Source: Macrostomum lignano (lineage: Eukaryota). From it: a stretch of DNA of 64,000 nucleotides. The notes beneath the pieces were generated by a model. That model did not search any database and was not told the origin of the DNA. It was given only the letters and a program-made list of their open reading frames with translations. This document shows, piece after piece, positions 57,101 through 64,000 of this stretch. Each line of letters begins with the position of its first letter. Position 1 is the first letter of the stretch. Both the position numbers and the translations under genes were made by a program. The DNA lies in NCBI GenBank assembly GCA_002269645.1, contig NIVC01002201.1:30008-94007 (forward strand), given 5' to 3'.

Positions 57101-57448
57101 ATCATGCAATAAGTATTAATAGAATTATAGCAAAATAATTCATATTGAAAAATGTGAGTTTGAACTGAATAAGTAGTTTGGATTAATTAGCATAAAGCAC
57201 AAAATGCTATACATATGATTTTTACTATCAATACCATAAGTATTAGCAAATTTTAGCATATACTTTATAATGGCTTAGTGGTACTTGCTAAATCAATTTT
57301 TTTATGTGGTAAAGATAAGTCTAGCTAGATTCTAGACATTTTATAACAATTTAACTTAGACAATAGATTTACTTGACAACATTTGATGCATATTTTAGCA
57401 ATATTATAGTTAATAAATAAATTTGTCAATGGATAAATTGCTTACCAT
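45114..57448 (-). CDS. TOP2: Divergent DNA topoisomerase II (type IIA) paralog, ~1300 aa, lacking most of the CTD; one apparent frameshift
   Basis: Exons complement(45114..45224, 46081..46594, 47206..47701, 48484..49002, 50179..50672, 52505..53074, 53803..54315, 55735..56262, 56655..56807, tentatively 57446..57448). Motifs [117 protein letters not shown] (catalytic Tyr), [10 protein letters not shown] and [13 protein letters not shown]. The first and last exons are less certain; the protein could instead end at 46075. Confidence 0.9.
45313..46055. repeat. C-rich/G-rich degenerate repeat (CCCCAACCCATCCCTA-type) in last TOP2 intron
   Basis: Sense (-) strand reads GGTAGGGATGGGTTGGGG..., with dense G3-G4 tracts. 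Confidence 0.93.
46660..47143. repeat. 14-bp minisatellite (GTTGCCAGCCGACA)n, TOP2 intron
   Basis: Fills intron 46595-47205. Confidence 0.95.
47735..48380. repeat. 21-bp minisatellite (CTGACCCTGTATCAATATGAC)n, TOP2 intron
   Basis: Fills intron 47702-48483. Confidence 0.95.
49075..50060. repeat. ~20-bp minisatellite (CTGGGATTTCTAGGAAAATA)n with 385-bp higher-order period, TOP2 intron
   Basis: Fills intron 49003-50178. Confidence 0.93.
50815..52388. repeat. 22-bp minisatellite (GATCCCATGGATAAAGGACACA)n, TOP2 intron
   Basis: Fills intron 50673-52504. Confidence 0.96.
53270..53755. repeat. ~27-bp minisatellite (GGACAGGAATCCCAGGGGGAATAAAAT)n, TOP2 intron
   Basis: In intron 53075-53802; G-run length varies. 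Confidence 0.94.
54355..55690. repeat. 34-bp minisatellite (AATAAACACAAACTCTCACCCAGTTATCAGCAAC)n, TOP2 intron
   Basis: Fills intron 54316-55734 and includes a 438-bp internal duplication. Confidence 0.95.
56308..56570. repeat. (GACA)n/GACACTAA microsatellite, TOP2 intron
   Basis: In intron 56263-56654; same variant unit as 41552-42461. Confidence 0.9.
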
Positions 57449-57479
57449 TCTGTTTATTCTATTTATCATAGGCCTAACC

Positions 57480-57835
57480 AAGAAGGCTCTTTTGATATAA
57501 CAAGGTTGCATTTTCATAAAAAAACTATAGATAAAATTTAGGAGATTGTGCATATATAATAAATTAAATATCTACTAATACTAAAGCTGACACAATGTTT
57601 GTCTATTCGTTTGTTGCAATCTTATATAAATATAGTACAATAAATCAGTATACACAAGTTGTACAAAATAATTTTGCAAATATGTTGCAAGAAGGCTCTT
57701 CAGAGACAAGTAACAAGGTTGCATTTTCATAGAAAACTTATTGCATTGGCTAGATAAAATTTAGGAGATTGTGCATATATGTAATAAATGAAATATCTTA
57801 TATAAATATAGTACAATAAATCAGCATACATAAAT
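57480..57835. repeat. Degenerate direct duplication of ~180-210 bp
   Basis: The CAAGAAGGCTCTT...AACAAGGTTGCATTTTCATA...TAGATAAAATTTAGGAGATTGTGCATATAT...AAATATAGTACAATAAATCAG block is present at ~57480-57660 and ~57688-57835. Confidence 0.75.
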
Positions 57836-58104
57836 CTATAAAGTGCTTTTAATTATACTTGCAAATATAGCAATTTTATAAAATATAATTATTTGTTATA
57901 TTGCTATAACTTTAGCCTTTGTCTAAGCCTAGCCCATAGTCAAGAAAGTGGCATTTTAATAGAATTTTTAGTACAAAAAGTATAGTATAGTATCAATATA
58001 CATTGTGCCTTATATCTTTAATAAAGTATTTATTGGCTGCTTTGTACAAAAAACCAACAAATTATAATAATATGTATTATATCATTTATATTATGCCTAA
58101 TATA

Positions 58105-60341
58105 CGAGGGGCGTCCGGAAAGTAGTGTTACTTTTGCTTGGTGTGGACGTATGGACAGTCACACTTGCATGTGCTTGGTGTCATTTGAAAGCGGCAAGTC
58201 TCTTCTTTAAAATGACACTAATTGCAAGATATTTGAATATGTGCTTCAAGAGATATGGACGATTAAGTAGAGAAAGGTCAGTCATAGACTTACAGAACCT
58301 CAAAAATGTCAATAGAAAACTTTTATGAGTTTATCGATTTTTTTGTAATCATGGGCTGTCTATGGCCAAATGTGATGCAGTGAACAAGAAGGGCTGTCTC
58401 ATAAAACTACGGGACTTGTAAAACTGCTTCTGCTGCGCCTGCAAAGTTTATTGACATTCAATTTTCAATTGTGAACTGCAAATGGATGTGCATTCAAAGA
58501 CTGGGCAGCGACATGCCATCTTTACACTTTAGAGCTCTGGAACCAAATTGGCTGACATCCACAGGCAACTTTGCACAGCTCATGGCGACCATGCTGTCAG
58601 CAAGATGACAGTAAGCAGGTGGGTGGGCGAGTTTCAGGCTGGAAGAACTGACGTGAGCGACATGCCAAGGTCCGGACGCCCTGCAATTCGCGACAGCAGC
58701 AGCCTGACGGATCGCATTCTCGACTTGATTGATGAAGACTGCTGCCAGAGCATTCGCAAAATGGCCGATCGATTGGATTGCCCAAAGTCCACAGTTCACG
58801 AGTGCCTGCAGAAGATGAATCACGTCAAGCTGAGTGCCCGTTGGGTACCACAATTGCTCACTGAGGTCATGAAGCTGGATCGCCAGCAGAAATGTGTGAA
58901 CAACCTGGAGCTAGTCAATCAACATGGAGGATGGGAAGCCTTTCGAGAGCTGATCGTAACTGGCGACGAGACATGGGTGCCATACTTTGACCCTCCAACG
59001 AAGCAATAGTCAATGGTTTGGACCATCAGGGGATCTGATCCACCAATGAAAGCTCGCCGAGACCGGCACAGCAACAAAGTCATGCTGACTCTCTTTTTTG
59101 ATTGCAATGGCCCACTGACCATCGAGTTCCTGGAGCCAAACTTGACCATCAATGCTGACCGGTATGTGACCTCCCTGACAAAACTGAAGTAAGACATCTG
59201 CAACAAAAGACGGGGGAAAGAAAGACCCCATATCCTCCACCACGACAATGCGAGGCCGCATACTGCTGCAAAGACCATGCAAGCAATTGACCAACTGAAC
59301 TTTGAGTTGCTTCCTCACCCTCCATATTCTCCTGACCTGGCACCTGCGGACTTCGCCTTGTTTCCTGAGTTAAAGCGACAGCTTCGAGGGCGAGTTCACA
59401 ACAGTCGTGATCACTTGGAGAGTGAGGTCAGGAGGATCTTGCTGCACCAGATCCCAAGAAATGTGTATGCAAATGCCATCGACAAGATGCGAGACCGATG
59501 GGAGAAGTGCATCATGTCTCATGGTAACTACGTTGAGAAGACAAGTCTACCAACCAATGAATGATTTTAATGTTGTTCGCTTGTATGATAATTTGCTTGT
59601 TATCTGTTTCACCTGCTTCTGTACTGTACTATTGTGTTTTTTGTTTTTTCTGGAGTAATTACGCTTGTAATAAAAGTTTTCTGTTGACATTTTTGAGGTT
59701 CTGTAAGTCCATGACTGACCTTTCTCTACTTAATCGCCCATATCTCTTGAAGCACAGATTCAAATCTCTTGCAATTGGTGTCATTTTAAAGAAGAGACTT
59801 GCCGCTTTCAAATTGAAACGAAAAATTATATGGGTTTTCCCATATTATCGTTTCCTTCTGCCAACAGTTCAGGAAGACAACGAACAATGGACCTGATGGT
59901 AACTTTCTCTGTGTGATCTCTAGAGTCACATTCTCAAACTTCAGGCAAGGATCTTTCCTCTTCAATCAGTATATTTTATAAGCTAGCACACTGTACGCGA
60001 GCAACGAGGAATAGGAGCAGTAGGGAGAGAGAGTGGGATTTCGAGGCCCAATAGGCAGTGTCGGTCAGAGGTTGTGCATGCATCACGCGAGGGTCGCATG
60101 GCTGGGCTTCTTGCTCGCCGATCATCAGGACTATTTTTAGGCATGCAGATCTTGTACATCTGGGGAGTTGCTGGCAAGGCTGGATGCTTGTTCACGCATC
60201 ACGCGCGTGTCGGCTGATTTCTCCCATCCTCTTGCTAACGGCGCCTTCGTTTCACTTCAAAATGACACCAAGCACATGCAAGTGTGACTGTCCATACGTC
60301 CACACCAAGCAAAAGTAACACTACTTTCCGGACGCCCCTCG
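58105..60341 (+). mobile_element. Mariner (DD34D, irritans/Hsmar2-like CGAGGGG end) transposon, 2237 bp, long inverted repeats
   Basis: TA duplications at 58103-04 and 60342-43. Perfect 82-bp TIR at 58105-58186 / 60260-60341. Additional 144-bp inverted repeat at 58183-58326 / 59670-59813 (6 mismatches). Subfamily call is from memory of the TIR end only. Confidence 0.95.
58482..59564 (+). pseudogene. Mariner transposase, 360 codons, three in-frame stops, no frameshift
   Basis: Single frame from ATG 58482 to TGA 59562-64. Motifs HTH (DIHRQLCTAHG...TVSRW), RSGRP, RWVPQLL, IVTGDETWV, HHDNARPH and YSPDLAPADF. Stops are TAG 58530, TAG 59007 and TAA 59190. Confidence 0.92.
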
Positions 60342-62134
60342 TAGATATTGTTTAGTTAAAATAATTAGAAATCTCTATTTTAAAAAGCCAAATATAGTAT
60401 ATATAGGTGGAGGTCATTTTAGTAATAGACATTTTATGACAAAGTTATTTTGGTAACAATTTGCTTCTATTTTAAACATGCTTCAACTTTGGATAAAAAG
60501 TTTTTTATTATTACATGTAGATAACTAGGCCTAGACATTATGTTATTAGACATTATTAGAAAGATTGCAACAATAGAATAAAGAAACTTTTTGTTACAAC
60601 AATGTAGGACTCTTTTTGTATTATGACATTGTATGTTTTGTAAGCTAACAGCTATGTTATACATTGGCTGTAACACAATTTTCTAGCAGATTGTTTATAT
60701 ACTAGATATTTTAGACCAACCATTTTTGCATCTATTGTATACCCATATTTTCTAGTATATATGTAACACTTAAGAATGGAGGCTCAATGGCTTTGCTTTT
60801 AAATGCAAATACTTTGTTTTACTGTATGGCTTATTAACAAATGCAATATTCAATATTTTTTTAAAAATCACAAGTTTTTTTGAACAAATAAAAGCATATA
60901 AACATTTTAGAGTTGCTTAAGTTTTCTAGAAATGTGCATGCAAGTACACAAGTTTTTGTCAATGTGCATAGACCATAGTCAGGAAAGTGTCTTATAGGCC
61001 CTATGCCATAATTTTCCGGCATGCATTAGCCTTGCATAATTCATTAGCATATATATTTGGCATGTTTAAATCTTAAAAAGTTGTTTTGACATATAAAAAG
61101 GTAGTATAAAAAGCAATTTGAAAATAGATGCAAGTATCTTACAGTTTCTATAACAAAAAGTAGAACATATCAAAGAAAAATGTAAGTAGTTAAGAGATAA
61201 TGAAAATGCAAACAAAAAATAGAAATTGGATATGATAGTGCTATTTTAAAGAATTTAGATACTAGAACTTTGAGAAATTGCAAGTTTTTATAAAGGAGTA
61301 ATAGACACACAATTATTTTGTTACAATGTATATATAAACATTAAATATAACAATAGAAAAAGGTCCTCTATTGTTATAATGGAAAAGTGAAGTTGCATCA
61401 TTTTGATACATATGTAATGAAATTATAGCTTGATTTTGAATATTGTACTTTATTTGGAATTTCTTATAGTTTTATATAGTATTTATATTATTTTCCATAT
61501 ATATCCCTTATTCTGTAATTGTAGTAGTATATTCTTACATTATGTACTTATTTTGTTATTATTTAGTTTATATAAAATATATTCAAATTGGAAAGAGCAT
61601 TGTGCTGGGACAGTTAGACAGTCTACTTGGGCTACTTGGGCTACTGGGTTGTGAGTCACCGCTTAGCTTAGCATCTTCTTAATAATAGCAGTCATTGGTA
61701 TTGTGATTTAGCATTGGAGTCTTAGGTTTATCCAATTTGTTAATAAAAGCACCCAACTAACTAAGTAGTTATTATAGTTGCGGTCAATTGTTCCAGTGCT
61801 CGCTCAGATTATTAATTAGCGTATTGAACTACTTGACTTAACTACTTAACTTAAATTACTCAGTTGCTATACTTGTTAATTGACTTTTATTTTTTTTGGA
61901 GAAAATAATTTGGCAACCACACTATAGTTTCTAACTCTCTATATCCTATTACAGCATTACACATGCGAGCCCAGCATTTAGAGAAAATTCAAACGAGACC
62001 TAAACCAAACCACTTTCTTTACACATATGACATAAGTCAAATTTCCAAGTTTGGCATACTTGATGTACATCTAAAATTTTGCCCAAAAACTTTTGGCATA
62101 CACTAGACACTTTCATGTCAATGGTGCATAGAGT

Positions 62135-62827
62135 GGGGTGCCACCGAATTCGTCAACATTTAATTCATCAACTCTATTGACGAATTTGGCTACCTTAATA
62201 GGCACTATTGACGAATTTGGTTATCTGAGTAGGCCTGTCCAATATACATGCAGTCTACAAAAATATACTGAAGAAATGAAATTAAAAAAAGATGAAAGCC
62301 AATTTCAAAAGTAAAACGAAGGCGAATGCATGGATATACAAACCCATGGTTATTTGTGTATTCATTGTTTATGCAAAAATATAAAGTTAAAATTGCAGTT
62401 AAAACGAAACAAAAAGAGTTCTTAGAAATGAGATTATTTTTTAGAAACAATAAGAGTCTGAATAAGTAAAAAACTAAAATGAAAAAACTAAAAATTTAAT
62501 GCAGCATGCTGCACCTTTGGAGAAGCTCTACAGATGTCAGCTCCTGATCGTCATACCTGCGGTACAGTGATTTCAATCGATCGTCTGTGCATTCTGATGT
62601 ACGAAGGCTCTTCAATCTTCCAAATATACTATCTTTCTATATACTAAATATTTAAATTTAAAAGAAATTTACATTATTGAGATACAAAACAACTTTTAGT
62701 AATTCTGCCTCATTTTGTTGACGAATTCTCTTAGCTTGTTTTAACTATTGACAAATTTGACTTCTTCCAATTTCTCAAATTTTAGGTCTTTTGACGAATT
62801 AGATATTGACGAATTCAGTATAACCCC
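62135..62827. mobile_element. Candidate non-autonomous TIR element (MITE), 693 bp
   Basis: Imperfect TIR GGGGT-N6-GAATTCGTCAA at both ends, ~7 subterminal TTGACGAATT motifs, and 7-bp flanks ATAGAGT / ATAGAAT (6/7, possible TSD). Confidence 0.6.
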
Positions 62828-63224
62828 ATAGAATGTGTCTAGGATTTTGTACAAAAATTCTATCCTAAGCCCTAAGGCCTAGGGTAAGCAAAATATCTAT
62901 AGCCAAAATGATTTAAAGGGAACAACCAGAAGAACATGTATATAAATAAGAACAAAAATTCATTTTGATTCATTTTTTAGTTTAGGAACTGGTGCAGTGG
63001 CACTAGGGGTTGCTAGATATGGTTCCGGCCGAAGTCGTCATATTCGAGATTGTCATCTGCGGCTTATGAGAAAAACAACTAAATTATCTAAATCGTCATC
63101 ATCTCAGTATTGGACAATGCTGCATTCACTAAATTGTCATATTGTGTTGCATTGGCTGCACAAGGATCTTAGCTCATGGCGGCAGTGTGTTCTTGTTTGC
63201 CAACAAATTAAAACAATTTACAGT

Positions 63225-63407
63225 CAGTAGCGCAACCAGAAATTTTTCAAGGGGGGGGACGGATTCTGAGGGTAAAGTCCCAGGAGGGGGGGCGGCAGGG
63301 GGTGGCTCTGTTTTTGGCAAAAATTTGCTTGGTCCCCCCTTTGATTTTTTTTCGGTCCCCCGCCTAAGGGGGGGGGGCGACCGCCCCTCCTCCTAGTTGC
63401 GCCACTG
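63225..63407. mobile_element. hAT-type MITE, 183 bp
   Basis: TIR CAGTAGCGCAACCAG / CTAGTTGCGCCACTG (13/15) with a perfect 8-bp TSD TTTACAGT at 63217-24 and 63408-15; G/C-run-rich interior. Confidence 0.88.
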
Positions 63408-64000
63408 TTTACAGTGTATTCTCAGTAGTCATGTGTGGCAGTCGGGTGCCACTTAATTGATATTTGAAGTAATAACCATTACTCTAATAACTCATTTAAA
63501 AGGAAAACTGCTACAAAAGTTTAATTTTTGTCCGCTCATTGTTCAATTTTTGTCACATTTCTATTGACTGGAAGTTCCAGAAATTGTTCTGTTCTTCTTT
63601 GATTGGAAAAGTAGGTCTTGGTCAAATCTTGTCAAAACTTTTGTTTTAATTTTGTTGCTTGCATGTTTGTGAGCCGTTCCATCGGTAGTCTCCACGCATG
63701 GGATTTTTGGTCCAGTAGTGTGTCCAGCAACCAGCGGCAACCCCACCCGTTGATTGTAACCTTTTTTAATATTTATATTGCCTTGATGTGCCGCCTAATT
63801 TCAACCCCCTTTTTCCTTTTTCTTTTTCTTGTCTTTTTCCTTTTGCGTTTGACAGTTTAGTTCAAATTTATTTATTAGTTTTGCGCACTTTAGACTTGTT
63901 AGTTTTATTTTATAGTTTTATTAGATTTATTAGACTTGAGAACCGGCTGTCGGAGTAAGCAGGAGAAAGAAAATTTCGTTGTGATTCCTCTGCGCGATTT

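Overview
Eukaryotic (animal) genomic DNA with GC-rich exons separated by AT-rich introns packed with tandem repeats. This style resembles a Macrostomum-type flatworm, which is an inference I cannot verify here. Four spliced genes can be reconstructed by hand. (1) A PPP1R16A/B (MYPT3/TIMAP)-like PP1 regulatory subunit on +, 7 exons, 1104-19756, with a GC-AG intron and a C-terminal CaaX. (2) An uncharacterised receptor-type PTP-fold pseudophosphatase on +, 23035-26166. (3) CTDSPL2/SCP4 on -, 41108-~44058, with at least one apparent 1-nt frameshift. (4) A divergent type IIA topoisomerase on -, 45114-~57448, ~1300 aa. It keeps its catalytic motifs, lacks nearly all of the C-terminal domain, has a presequence-like N-terminus, seven consecutive ~500-nt exons and one apparent frameshift. 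There are also two defective mariner elements (one with an unusual long, split inverted repeat), two MITEs and about 30 minisatellite arrays. Almost every intron carries its own arrays, and an 11-kb 16-bp array shows a ~5.18-kb higher-order period. The best candidates for something new are the CTD-less, possibly mitochondrion-targeted TOP2 paralog, the receptor pseudophosphatase and the intron/minisatellite architecture. Most long ORFs in the supplied track are repeat artefacts. All splice junctions were inferred manually from GT/GC-AG sites, phase and family homology recalled from memory; none is transcript-confirmed.
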